Below, piece after piece: positions 26,109 to 39,639 of a stretch of DNA of 64,000 bases. Under the pieces are notes generated by a model. That model did not search any database. It was not told the origin of the DNA and worked only from the letters and a program-made list of their open reading frames with translations. This stretch comes from Pecten maximus (taxonomy: Eukaryota). Position numbers and translations under genes: made by a program. The stretch spans positions 29,140,001 to 29,204,000 of the forward strand of contig NC_047031.1 of NCBI RefSeq assembly GCF_902652985.1. The letters are read 5' to 3'. Each line of letters begins with the position of its first letter. Position 1 is the stretch's first letter.

Positions 26109-27235
26109 CGACGACGGACTATCTTGAAATCCAGTCGTATTCCTCAAACTAATTTCCACCCGATTCCCTTCATATACCAGGGTAAAACACGAGGTTGCGG
26201 ATATGTATAGAGGATTTTTCTATATTATAATTTCATTACGGACGCAAACAATTGTTATTTGTTAGTTCAACTGGTCCGAGGAACCGATTAGCTTATGCTG
26301 TGACGTGGCGTCCGTCGTCCTGTGTTATTATTGCGCGTACAGGTGCACCCTAATAATCCGATAAAGAACAAACGAGGATTTATACATGACAATTTCATGA
26401 TTTGATGAAATAAAACATACTGTATCTCTTTTCAAGGTGTCATTAGAAACATGGCTTGAAACAATCAACCAAAATCGCGATTTAAATGTTTTATTGATCA
26501 TTCCAAAAAACTACATAAGATGATCGCGCCATAGGAACAGTTGGTACGATTCCTGTATCTATCATCAGTACATCTTTATATTGCCAATCGAGGGACTTAA
26601 TATGAATGTTCTCAGTATTCACACAATAATATATTCACCCTACGATTATATTATGTACATGTACTAAGAACAATTATCCCTCAAAAATATATTCCTCGAA
26701 TCTTCCTCTGAATTTATCGAACTTTCTGAATAGTCAGTCTTGCAATGGCAACAATAGCCAAATTTAAATGAACCGTTTGACCTTTGCCAGATATTTCCTT
26801 TGCACAAAATCCGACATTACCATCACCAGGTGAAAAATAAGGACGGGATATTTCGTAATGTTTTGACGAGAGTCGATTTAAACCTAATGAATTAATTTCA
26901 GAATTCCTCTCTCGTCCTATAACGTTACTTCTCAGTTTAACTTCTATATATTAGCCATTGTATATCAATAAGTCAAATATGGTGAAAATTAATACGTGTC
27001 TCTATTTCTCTACTTTCAAAAAGATAATGGGGGATATATTTATAATTTACTGTGTAAAACGTAAATGTGCATTATTGAATAACGATTGCGTCCTGCCATA
27101 TTCTCTTTCACAGGTGGAATACTGAGATCGTAAACGCATCCTGCCGATTGAAGCTTAAGGTTGATTTTGTATTTATTTACGTCATACTGATATAATAGGT
27201 AATACACGGACTAGGGACTGGACCACTTTCGATGC

Positions 27236-27332
27236 TTTTATAGTGTCACCACACTGAAATATCACACCTGTATACGCTAGCGCGTCATCCACCCAGTCAC
27301 ATTATACTGTCCAATTGAAGAACCGATCGTCA
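27236..27332 (-). mobile_element. Meta-core SINE fragment
   Basis: Reverse complement resembles 30325-30415 (cagtataatgtgac...gcactataaa). Confidence 0.45.
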
Positions 27333-28854
27333 ATCAGTGAGACGCATATAGAATGCCAGGTTGTCATCTATTCTTGGAACAATTGTTGATCCATTATTTA
27401 TCTTAATTATATATATTTCTTTAAATTTATTACGTAAGACATATCAAATACTTGACAAACATTGCTCCATACATAAATGATAACTTAGTTTGCCATAGAC
27501 GCACATACCAATTTCATAGACTTCCAGTCACAGCTAGTAGTCCGTAACGTTCCCCAGACAGGAAAACGCTCAGCTAACGACCTAAAGAGAGACAGTTATA
27601 ATGAAGACACCAGGCGAGATATTATCAGGGGAATAAAAACAGTTCCCTAATTTAATCACCAGATAAAGATTATGGTGCTTTGAGGGAAATTCATAAATCT
27701 TACACACAGGTTTATTGGAAATTGAGGGACCTAAATAAAATGTTTAAATATGCCTCAGTTGGTCCCAGTTTCATCGCTTTTCCTGAACTGAAGGGAACTC
27801 CTCCCACGTAAATATTTCAATAGGAAAATAATACTTAATGCAGAACTTAGCTGTGATTTCCCCCTTAAATCAAAGAATGATTTCTTACTAAAATCTGAAA
27901 ATAAACAGTTTTCTTAAGTTGATGAAACAGGAACCCGATAATTTACACTTGTGTAGAAGATAGGTATAGAAATTGTATCAACTGTTTCCATGGCTCGATT
28001 TCTATCTAACAAGCATTTTAAGCTATCTCTTCAATCTAAACAATATCTTTCGCCACTGATTAACTCAACTAGCAATACATGTTTCTCTCTGAGGATCGTC
28101 ATAAGCTCTGTCCCTGGTTCAGATAAATTGGTACTCGCTTTTAACAGATCATGAGCGTTGTTTAGTAATAATGTGATTGGTATTTAAGTTACCGTGTACA
28201 TATATATAATGCTAGATTGCATTGGTCCGTTCATTCATGAGGTATTTCTAAGTAAGGCATTGTGTTTTGAGAAGTCTATATATGGGCAGACGATTTGGTG
28301 TTTTTTTCATCTATTTTTGAATGTTTGCCAGGTTATGATTTCGTGATATTTCTATTTGTATATGTCATGCATCGCCCTCCCAATAATTATGAAAACTTTG
28401 CTAGAAGGCATTCAATTTACTTCAATTTCAAATCGATAACCCTTCATGGCAGTAGGTCGATGCCGCCAATTTGGACACACTTTGAAGGTTCAAAGGTTCA
28501 ATAAGCATGACGTGGGAAGGATATGAAATGTGTCAAGGCAATGTGTCTATTATGATTATATCATAACCATTTCTAATTCAAAGTATGAAAAGTTGGATAT
28601 GTCTGATAGGATTGCAATTGATGGTACTGTATTAGATATATTGCCCAACAAAAGTCCCATCAGAAAGAATCACAAAAAGTATTTTAAGATCTAAAAGCAA
28701 TGAGTGTCTCTTACGTCTTTATCTCCGTTTCCACGAATTCCGACATTACCAGGAACCAGGTGACAGTGACTCAGAAGTATTTCGCTTTTGTCATGAAGCT
28801 CCTACTGCAATGTGTATATATTTCCATGTGTGTCCTTTCAATAGGAATTTCTAA

Positions 28855-29077
28855 GTTTGGTTTGGTTTGTTTTTGTTTAAAGTCCTATTAACAGCCATGG
28901 TCAATTAAGGACGTGCCAGGTTTTGGAGGTGGAGGAAAGCCGGAGTACCCGGAGACAAAACCACCGGCCAACGGTCAATATATGGCACTGTCTCACGTAG
29001 GTTTTGAACGCGCAACCCAGAGGTGGAGGGCTAGTGTTAAGTGTCGGAACACCTTAACCACTCGGCCACCGCGGTCC
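28855..29077 (-). mobile_element. tRNA-derived SINE with V-type core
   Basis: Minus strand: A-box tggccgagtgg, B-box-like gttcaaaacc, core ctccgggtactccggctttcctccacc, (aaacc)n tail. Confidence 0.82.
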
Positions 29078-29649
29078 CACGGTTCTAAGTAAGACATTGC
29101 ATTTGCATTGAAGTCTAAATATGGACAGACTATTGAGATATTCTAATATAATCTTTTGCGCTATGTCGTCTTTGTTTACTCAGATCGTCTTTCGACGAAT
29201 ACAAGTACTAATATTAGTCATCGCCCACTGCTATGTGGTTGGCCTGTGACCAATGCCAACCGGTACCTTGTACATGACATTCTGTTGCAATATCAAGGCT
29301 TTATGTATTTTTAAGTGAGCCATTTAAATATGATATACCAATTATGATCAAAAGATTAAACTGGTTATTATGCTGATTAATTCAAATTCTTTTGAATTCA
29401 AACTAGTTTTTATTATTCGGATAGCAATCTGTGACCTTTTTCAGTATTTGATATTTCACAATACGTTAAAAACTCCAATCAAATTAGCATTATTCATAAC
29501 ATGATATTCCAAATAGGGTTGAAGGACATACTTATATCACGTGCACATCATGTCTCGTTATGGTACGTTTCGAAGAGAAGTATGCAATGAAAACATGTTT
29601 TGCTGTTGCTAATCAAACGGGTATTTATGAAAAAGCTTATTGACTTTAT

Positions 29650-29740
29650 TACAAGTGTGAACCAGAAGGTTAGGGAAACGACTTGTATTGATTCCCTCTA
29701 GATATCGCCGCATTCTCGGACAAACTTTCAAAAAAATAAG
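29650..29740 (+). other. Probable non-coding first exon of the micro-exon repeat gene (5' boundary approximate)
   Basis: Donor aataag|gttgga at 29741 aligns with gataag|gtaggc at 13221 in the paralogous fragment; AT-rich TATA-like tatttatgaa at ~29623. Confidence 0.4.
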
Positions 29741-30057
29741 GTTGGATACTTCTTATTTAATATATTGTACTTGATTTCTGCTGAGTGATGCATCCAACTG
29801 TTCTTTCAATTGATACACTTAATTATTCATTTCATACATTTCCCTTAAAACCTGCTATATATACCATTTATGTAGATTGATCCGAGTTGGGGAACAGCAG
29901 AGGAAATGTTTGACGTAATAGTTATTTCCGCTATATACAGTTACGTATAGTGTCCATAAGGGATTGGGCCATCGACGGACACTTTTAACAGTTATGGATT
30001 TGTAACTATATATCAGGACTGTCAGGTGATTGGTTTGGCTTGGTTTTATTTGTTTTT

Positions 30058-30530
30058 GCCCTGCAGGTAGGGCGTAAGAATTGTACCTGCTGCCCCCATT
30101 GCAAGATGGTAAGAGACGACTAAATTTGGGATCTTTTCTCTTCTTTCTGAACAACTTTCTCTTCTGAATGTCTCCCTTGGCAATGCCTCACTTTTGGTCT
30201 TTAGTTGAGCGTTCGCCACTGTGAGGAAGGCTTTGGTTTCTGTCCCCTGGCCGGGACATACCAGAGTCTTAAAAATGGTAGTTGCTCCTTCTGCTTAGCG
30301 CTCAGCATATTGGGAGTGGGACGACTGGTTCGCCCGTTGTCAGTATAATGTGACCGTGTGGGGTGTGCTGCCGGGTGTCTTCGGCAGTATGCCTCTATGA
30401 GGTAGCACTTTAAATCGGTGAAAGTTCTGGACTATCACAGGAGGATTTAACACGAACATACCACAACCTTCCAAAACACACATACGTACACACTACACGC
30501 ATGCATATTAAACAACGATAAAACAAACCA
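30058..30530 (+). mobile_element. Composite SINE: structured 5' head, degenerate tRNA-like part and Meta-type core
   Basis: Core cataccagagtcttaaaaatggtagttgctcc...gcttagcgctcagcat...gtcagtataatgtgacc; (ca)-rich and aaac tail; head with a gcaggta/tacctgc stem. Confidence 0.7.
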
Positions 30531-30586
30531 AGTAGTTGTAACGTCACCGGTGTGAAGATAATGAACTATTCATATAAGTAATAAAG

Positions 30587-30734
30587 TGTAATTTCTTGTA
30601 TTAACTTCAAGTTACATGTGTTTCACATATGGCGGCGACATCCGGGTTTTTTAGGGGAATACTAATATCCGGATATAATGACGGAAAAGGATCCGGATCA
30701 AACCTGATAGACTATACTATACATTATCATTACA
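30587..30734 (-). mobile_element. 3' LTR of Gypsy element A (148 bp)
   Basis: tgtaat...attaca terminal inverted repeat; PPT aagtgtgggga immediately 5' on the minus strand. Confidence 0.75.
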
Positions 30735-33700
30735 TCCCCACACTTAAAGGAATTAACTTTAAAGTCGCCAAACACAAAACATAGGATGGACACTTTCACA
30801 ACATGATTATTAACTAGCTTTAAGCAATTAAATTATCATTTACCTAATGATAAAGACAATAATATCTTTGACTCAGTTTTAACCAAGTCCATGCAAGAGA
30901 TTAACTCTTGAAATAAAGAAAAAACGAATAGAACTATAATTATCAGTGTTTGTTTCATTACAGTTCATATAATGGAAACATAACTCTTATCGTAACTTCT
31001 TAATTCCACGGAACACCGATATAATTACACAGTTTCAATTAATCGATCAGGTCTTTTCACAACTCTTCCGGAACTGGTTCTGAAGCACAATCCAGCAGGT
31101 TCCTGGACACTAGATGAGGTTTTGGGTTCAATTCTAGTGTTTGATGTTGATTCATAGTTCTCAATCAGCTCAGAATCATCAGAATTTTGACCATTTCCAT
31201 AAAATTCAGTATATACATCTGAAGACGGTGTTTCCTTCTGGAACAACACTTTTTTCAGGTGACGTCTGTTCCTTCTGTAACAAACTCCTTGATTCCCTTG
31301 GACGATATATGACCTAGGATTCACTTTTCCCACAACTGTAGCATGGTCTTTCCAATAACCATTTGAATCTTGAATGAGTACCTGGTTCCCACGATCCAAT
31401 GTGGTCAATGCTTTAACATGGTTACGGTTGTCATAGAAATGCTTTTGTTTCATTTTCTGTTGATTTCTCCAGAGTTTAATATCAGGGTGTTTAGCTTTAT
31501 CCTTGAGTTCACTCGAAGGTAAGTTTGACACAAGTTCTCTTCGCATCAACATTTCAGCAGGGGATTTTCCATTATCCATAGGTGTACTTCTGTAGACTAA
31601 CAATGCCATGTTGACGTCTTCTCCACTTTCCTTGCATTTTTTGAACATATTTTTGACAGTTTGAACGGTTCTTTTAGAGAGTCCGTTTGACTGTGGATAG
31701 CGTGGACTGCTAGTCACATGTTGAAAATTCCACTCAAACGCAAAATCTTTGAATTCTCTGCTGCTATAACATGGACCATGATCACTGACAACTACTTTTG
31801 GGACGCCATGTCTCGCGAAAACACTTTTGTGTGCTTGAATAACAGAATGTGTAGTCTGACTTGACAATGTTAGGACCTCTGGGTAATTTGAGAAAGTATC
31901 ACACATCACGATGTAGTTTTTTTTCCAGCAAACGAGAACAAATCTGTTGATATTTTTTCCCATGGAGAATCTGCTATCGCATGAGGTATCAACGGTTCAG
32001 ACGGTTGGGTTGGGTTGTATTTTCTGCAAACCTCACAATTATCCACAATATGATCTATGTCAAAGTTCATATTTGGCCAATAAACAACTTGCCTGGCGCG
32101 GTTTTTTACACTTCTCGCGACCCAAGTGACCATGATGAATCTTCTTAAGCATAGCAGTACGCATGTCATTAGGTACAACAATGCGTGTTCCTTTCAAGAT
32201 CAAGCCATTAATGACAGATAGTTCCTCACGAAATGTCCAATACGGTTTCAGTTCAGACGGACATTCATGTTGTGTTTCTGGCCAACCAGCAGTGATAACT
32301 TCAGACAATTTCTTTAAGGTTTCATCTGACTGAGTAGATTCTACGAGTTCCTCTCGTCTAACTCCTGACACTGGCAAGGACTCGTACACTGCATTCACAA
32401 ATATCTCAGCTTCATCATCAAGCGAGTTAGAGTTATCTCCCTTCACAGGTGCTCTGGATAATGTATCTGCCATGTACATTATTTTTCCTGGCGTGTGAAA
32501 TAATGTGAAGTCATACTTCTGTAATCTAAGCTTCAGTCTCTGTATCCTGGGGGGACAATCATTGTACGATTTACTAAAGATAGCGACCAATGGCCTGTGA
32601 TCTGTCTCTACTTCAAAGGATCTGCCATAGATATATTGGTGAAAGCGCTCACATGCAAAAGTCAATCCGAGTGTTTCTCGCTCAATGTTGGCATATCTGC
32701 TTTCACAATCAGTAACTGACCTGGATGCGTAGGCTACTGGACACCAGTCATTGCCATGTTTTTGTAGGAGTACGGCTCCTAATCCCAGCTGTGATGCGTC
32801 ACATGATATCCTGATTTCACGGTCTGGATCATAGAATTTTAGGATTGGTTCCTGCGAGATTAGATCTTTGAGTTTATTGAAAGCTGCCTCCTGTTCAGGA
32901 TTCCATTGCCATACATTCTTTACCAACAGAATTTTTCGAAGTGGTTCTGTTCTCCTCGACAAGTCTTTGATGAATCTTGCAAGATAATTCACCATGCCAA
33001 GAAATCTTTGTAGCTCTTTCCTGTTTGTAGGTCTCTCCATGTCAACAATTGCTTAAACTTTACGCGGATACGGCTTAACCCCTTCTGAGGTGATTGTGTC
33101 TCCAAGGAATGTTAAGCTGTTGACGCCTATTTCACATTTCTCCTTGTTCAACTTTAGATTTGAGTTTCTAGCTTTTTGAAGCACAGCCCGTACACGTTCA
33201 TCATGTTCGTCTGTTCTTTCCCCATATGATGATGTCATCCATGGAAGTGTCAACTCCTGGTATATCCTCAAATAGGTTGTGTATAATCCGATGGTATATC
33301 TCGGGCGCGCTGCTGATTCCAAAGGGAAGCCTATTGAACCGATACCTTCCGAATGGGGTGATCAATGTACATAAATCTGCACTTTCATCCTCCAACTGGA
33401 TTTGCCAAAATCCACTTGCAGCATCAAGTTTTGAGAAAATGGTTGCTCCTTCAAATCTGGACATAATCTCTTCTCTAGTTGGGAGTTTATAGTGTTCACG
33501 TTTGATAAATTTATTTAAATTCCTGGGATCTAAACAGACACGCAATTTCCCATTGGGTTTGTGTACGACCACTAGAGAGTTGACCCACTCAACTGGTTTC
33601 TCTATTTTCTGAATCACATTCATTTTCTCCATATAATCCAGCTCCACCTTCAACTGGTCGTGTAACGGGAACGGTATTTTCCTACACGCCTCTACCACAG

Positions 33701-34666
33701 GTTCCGCATCAGACTTTAGTTCTATTTTCACTTTGTCCGGTAAACAGCCTAAGCCAGTAAACAGATCTGAGTACTCTGTTTCAACTGTTGATTTGTCAAG
33801 TGGTTCTATGTTTTTGTGTTCCTGTTCTACAGCCAAGACCAGTTTAATAAGTCCTAAGGTTTCACAACTTTTTCTGCCAATAATTGGTTTCACATTTTCT
33901 GGGCTTACTATGAACATAGTTTTGTAGTCATGTCCCTTGTGTGATATAGTAAAAATAACCTGACCAGATACTGGAATAGCTCCTGCGTTGTATGCCTTTA
34001 ACCTTACATCAGACTTGTGTAATCTTGGTCTACTAGGTAGCTTCTCAAAATCGGTCATAGGTAAAACATTTACATCAGCACCGGTATCTAGCTTTAATGG
34101 TATGATGTTACCGTTGACCTGTAATGGTGCCATCCACGACTCTTGGGTATGTTTAGAATCTACAGAGTCAATAAACAGTTCATGTTCCTCGACACTCATT
34201 ACCTTTTTGTTTCTCGTGCTCGGTTTTGGAGTTTTCGTAGAAAAACAAGCTTTCGCGAAATGATTTACCTTACCGCATGCGCGACATGTCCTTCCTTTTG
34301 CAGGACAAGCTCCTCTTGGATGTGTTGTAGCACAATACGAATAAGTAGACTGAGTAGCAGGTTGGGATTTCTCTCTGTGTGATGACAATCCACGTCCTCG
34401 GTCTCCTGTGTTCCTGTATTTACTCCTACCCCTGTTTGAAGCATATTTTCGGCTCACTGTATCTACATGTTCTGGATTTTCTGATAACGACAAGGTTTTC
34501 ATATGTTTCTCTGTCGATTCGGCTGCTTTACACATATCAATACACTTCTGTAGATCAAGGTTACGTTCTCTCAGCAATCTAGCCCTCAGTGTATCATTCT
34601 TTATTCCTTCTACAATCTTATCTTTCAAGATACCCTCTTTCAAATTTCCGTATTCACAGTCTTTAC
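30735..34666 (-). mobile_element. Ty3/Gypsy (Mag/K02A2.6-like) element A internal region: gag 3' half, protease, RT, RNaseH, integrase; frameshifted
   Basis: CxxCx4Hx4C knuckle, LDTGA, LDAASGFWQ...PFGISSAPE...MDDIII, DASQLGLGAVL, SDHGPCY, SPRYPQSNG; split over ORFs 33201-34694, 33053-33322, 32060-33040, 31906-32181 and 31025-31963. Confidence 0.93.
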
Positions 34667-37600
34667 AACTGTCTCGGAATTCCATTCCTGGCAAAAATGG
34701 TGCGTAGGACCTCGATGATTTTCTCAGAAGTGGTTGTCTTCATCTGGATAACCTCTGGCCACTTCGAGTTGGCGTCTACCATTACAAAAAACATTGATCC
34801 GAGATATGGTCCTGCGAAATCTATGTAAACGCGACTCCATGGCTGGGATGGCCATTCCCACGGGTGTATCGGAGCCGCAGGTGGTGCATGTTTCACATTT
34901 TGACAACTATTACAACTTTTGGTCATTGACTCAATCTCCTTGTCAATACCAGGCCACCATGTGTAGCTCCTGGCTAATGCTTTCATTTTCACTACGCCGA
35001 TGTGTCCCGAATGCAGTTCATCGAGCACTCGTTTACGTAGCCTGGGTGGAATTCTCACCCGAATTCCCCACAGAAGACATCCTTGTTGTACAGTCAACTC
35101 GGTTTTCCTGGTGAAATAGGCTTCCGTCTTGCTATTACGGTTGTCTGGGTTCCAACCCGACATAACACATTCATACACTGATGACAAAACTAGGTCTCGA
35201 AGTGTGTCACGTCTCACCTGGTCGTGCGTAACCGGAAGTGTCTCAAATTGCGACAAATTCAACAATGACACAGCCTCAAGTTCTTCCACTTCCGTCTCGT
35301 TCTCTGTCTCCACTGGCATACGCGAAAGACTGTCTGCGTTACCATGTCGCTTTGTGTTTTTGTACTCGATCGCGTAATCGTATCCTGCGAGAAATAAGGC
35401 GTATCGCTGCAGTCGTGCTGCCGATGTCGTCGATATCCCTTTACGCGGACTAAATATGGATACTAAGGGCTGGTGATCTGTTATCATGGTGAAGTGACGT
35501 CCAAATAAGTATGTGTGAAACCGTTTCACTGCCCACACTATTCCCAAAGCTTCCTTGTCGATTTGCGCATAATTTCTTTCAGCTTCATTCAAGGAACGTG
35601 ATGCGTACGCGATGGGTCGCTCACTTCCATCAGCCATAACATGAGATAGTACAGCCCCTAATCCTTTCGGAGAAGCATTACTTGCTACTCTCAGCGGTAG
35701 TGTCGGATCATAATGTGTCAGCACTTCCTTCGATGTGACCATATTCTTCACCTCCTCAAACGCATTTTGACATTCCTCATTCCATTGCCACTTACAGTCC
35801 TTCTGTAACAACTGATGTAATGGGTGCAGTGTTGCTGAGAGGTTTTTCATAAACCGACCACAGTAGTTCACGATTCCAAGGAATGATCGCAGTTCTGTAG
35901 TATTTGTTGGTTCAGGAGCCTTTAACACTACCTCAGTTTTTTCTTGTGTTTTGTGAAGCCCATCACTGTCAATTTCATGTCCACAGAAAGAAATCCGGTT
36001 CTTGAAAAATTCACATTTTTCTAAATTTGCCCTCAGACCGTACTGTTGAAGTCTTTCCAACACACAACTCACATTCTGAAGGTGTTCCCCAGTCGTCTTG
36101 CCCGTAATGATCATGTCATCAATGATGCGTATAGTGCTTCCCCCCCACTAAGCGCTGCGAAGATATCCTCGATTCTCGGAAGAGGATACTGATCAATCTC
36201 TAAGACCGGATTGACCATAACTTTGTAATCTCCACAAAGACGTATTTTCCCAGATTTCTTGACCACTGGCACGATAGGAGTCGCCCACTCACTATAGTTT
36301 ACCTTGGCTTAGATACCATTCTCCACAAGATTATCAATCTCGGCTTCGACCTTTGGACGAATAGCATATGGTACAGGTCTTGGCTTGCAAAATTTCGGTG
36401 TTGCGTCATCCTTCAGGTTAAGCTTGGCCTTGACCCCCTTGACAGTTCCTAGGTCATCTCCAAATACATCCTTGTATTTGTCCAAAATTGTCTGTAGTTG
36501 ATTAGCTGGTTTGGTGTGTTCCGCAATATCACTTGTTTCGCGATGTTTTTCCTCGCGCCTTACTGACACAGATTTGACAGAAGGCCAGTCCAATGTAATA
36601 CTTTTCAGCCACTCGCGTCCGAATAGCGTTGGTCCACCTTTTTGTACGACATACATAGGTAAATTTTTACATTGGTCATTGTACTCTACCTTCATATCCG
36701 CCACACCTAATGGCTTCAGTCTCTCACCTGAATATGTCTTTAAACACACATCAGAATGTGTCAAGGTCTTCAACCGTCCTGGAAAGTGATTCTCAAAGGA
36801 CTTCTGTGACATAACTGAAACTGCTGCCCCAGTGTCTAATTCCATTTCAACCTCTACACCGTTCAACTTTGGCTTTACTATAATAGCATCATGTTTTGTC
36901 TTTGTAACCGACATAACTTCCAGAGATGCTATATAATCATCATCAGTCTCTTCTGTAACCATGTTAACCTTGTTTCCCTTCTTTTGTTTACAAATCTTTT
37001 TACAGTGTCCAGTTTTGGGACAACCAAAACATTCTTTGTCCTTGAAATAGCATTGGTTTGGGTAATGTAAACCATTACAACGAAAACATTTTTTATTTTC
37101 CTTTGGATTTGATTTCGGGTACTGTTTTGTTGAAACTTTATGGACAGTTGCTGTGGCTCCAGTTCTTAATTCATGGTCATCTCGAGCTGCTGTCTCCATG
37201 GCTAAGGCTTTAGTGCTTGCGGTATCGAGAGTCAACGTAGCCTCTGATAACAGTTTCTTTTGTATCTGTTCTGATCTCAAACCACAGACTAAACGGTCTC
37301 TTAACGAATCATTCAAGTTATCAGCGAATTCACAATATTCAACTAATTTCCTAATTGCAGCTATGTACTCACGAATACTTTCTCCCTCTCTCTGCTCTCT
37401 TTTGTGGAACTTGAACCATTCAGCGATAACTAAAGGCTTTGGGCTCAGATGATTTTTCAGTATGGTTACTAAGTCGTCAAATGTTTTTATAGCAGGGTTA
37501 TCTGGTGCTGTTAACCCTCGTAATAACGAATATGTCGAGCCGCCGACTAAACTCAATAACGCTGGGACTTTCTGTACATCTTTAATCCCATTACAAACAA

Positions 37601-37895
37601 AATGTTGCTCTAGACGTTCACTGTAGCTGTCCCATGTTTCAATGGAGCTATCGAAAATGTCAATACGACCTATCCTTCCTGCCATGATGAACTATATGAA
37701 TAGGAGCACAAGAGTTGACAAATTTCCCCAAAACACGAGGTTTTACAGTGATCGAGAAAGGTCAACGCTGACACCGCTTCTGATAAGTAGCTCACTTTTT
37801 TGACAGTTTATTTTGACGTCCTGGCGTTGATTGCACACTATTTATGAGTTCTTTTCTTCATTGCATGAGTCCGTTTCATTCCTCGTCGCCAGATA
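34667..37895 (-). mobile_element. Ty3/Gypsy (Mag-like) element B: PBS, gag-protease, RT with internal deletion, RNaseH, truncated integrase
   Basis: PBS tggcgacgaggaat (minus strand, 37878-37891); gag ORF 36309-37685 with knuckles and LDTGA; ORF 34663-36114 with RNaseH and HHCC; integrase stops at RNGIPRQL. Confidence 0.93.
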
Positions 37896-37992
37896 TGTTG
37901 TATTTTTCTATCAAAGAATCAGAGACCGCCATGCTGCCATTAAAGATTTTTATTGACTACCCATAATGCCTTGCGTGGCATAGTTTAATAAC
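37896..37992 (-). mobile_element. 5' LTR of Gypsy element B (~97 bp)
   Basis: tgttgtat...ataaca termini, adjacent to the PBS; aataaa on the minus strand. Confidence 0.7.
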
Positions 37993-38117
37993 ACAATAAA
38001 AGGATCCGGATGCAGTCCGGAATTACAACTGTTCATTACAGCAAATTTAAGAAACTTTTAGGGATCTGAAACCTTGAACAGAAATATAGAAATTGATAAA
38101 GGCATTTTATTTTCAGA

Positions 38118-39496
38118 ATGGGAAACAAGCACTCCTGCGACGTACATCTTAAGCATAGCAGTCAACGTGATCGGGACGTCTGCATTCAGTTTGTATACAG
38201 TAGTAGATGACTGTCACTTAACCATTGCCCTTTCCCCTAGTTGACCAGGTTGTGATGTTTAGTAGAAACTACATATCAAAACAAATTGTCTATTTTGATT
38301 CCTAACAATATAAATCCTGATAATAGTTTAAATTCAAAAATGTCAATTAGAATTATGATTGGTTTATGGTAAAGCAGTAAAGGAGGCCTTTTCACCACCA
38401 CCGTCTGTCTATTTTAAAAACTGTAACTTTTAAAATGTCCAAACATTAAAGCATTCTTAATTTAATTTGTATTCAGTGTGTCTTTTGAACAGAACAACCC
38501 TTTGAGTTTGCTTGTGGTATATACTGCTGTTCGATTTTTGCAGTCCGATGAGGTCTATCTTGACATTCTTGTCCCGATTAATACATTTGAATAGTGACGC
38601 AATTCAGTTTACAAACTTAACGATTTGAAATCAAATCATAAATATGACTGAAATCCTATATTGAAAATTGCCAAATTTAAAACCAAATGGGTCTCTCACA
38701 CCTCGCAATCCTGGTTTTGACATTTGATGACCTATTTCACGTCGCCTTTTATTAACACTTTAAACCCTAAGCATTACTGGCGAGTCGTTGAAGAACGATT
38801 TCGATATGTCCAGCCACAGAGGAATATCTTTTCATTTATGTTTGATGTGATGTGTATGTTTATTTAGAGATAGAACATTTACAGAAAGGTTCTTAATTAA
38901 CTCTTTACATTTGTTTTGACTTGGTTTAAGTAAAATATTTCGTTTCAGACAAAGAAAATCAAAGGAGGAAATAAGAGAGTTAAAACAGCGTTACGAGGTA
39001 AGTCATCAATATATCAGCATTTTAATTATATATACCGGTACGTATGCCTATATTTCTACTTTAGGAACATTAGGCCTTATTTTATTGGTCTTTGTTTAAG
39101 CTTTATTGTGAATCTATTGTTTTGCGTGATATTGTTTCCATTTGTTGTTCCGCATGACTTGTTCAGTGATGCCAATAATGATGGTAAAATAGTATACAGT
39201 TGATAGAAGAACTATAACACATTTTAATGATTTTATTTCAGCAATATATATGCCAATACGGACATAAACATTCGTCATGGCAGGACTGGAAAGAATGTGA
39301 AGAAATGTAAGTTTAGATGTTTTTACACGTTCAAAATTGATCGATTAATATTCAGAGATATTTGCACGATGTAAAAAATCAATTCGCGATTTCTACTTAT
39401 ATTCAATTACATGTAGTGATGTGTATATGTGTGTCAAAGTTTGGCCTCGCAATATGGAAAATCATCATCAAGTCATTATCCTCATCTGCAATAATC

Positions 39497-39527
<31 letters not shown>

Positions 39528-39602
39528 AACATCAATCCTCCTCCTCCTCCTCCTAATCATCATCATCATCATTCAATCACCATCATCCTCACCACCACCA
39601 TC

Positions 39603-39639
<37 letters not shown>

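Noticed and set aside
26320-28850. Possible further exons (e.g. acceptor at 27113)
   Set aside because: No consistent frame or motif could be built
28985-29077. tRNA gene
   Set aside because: A/B boxes are present but continue into a V-core and simple-repeat tail, so it is a SINE head
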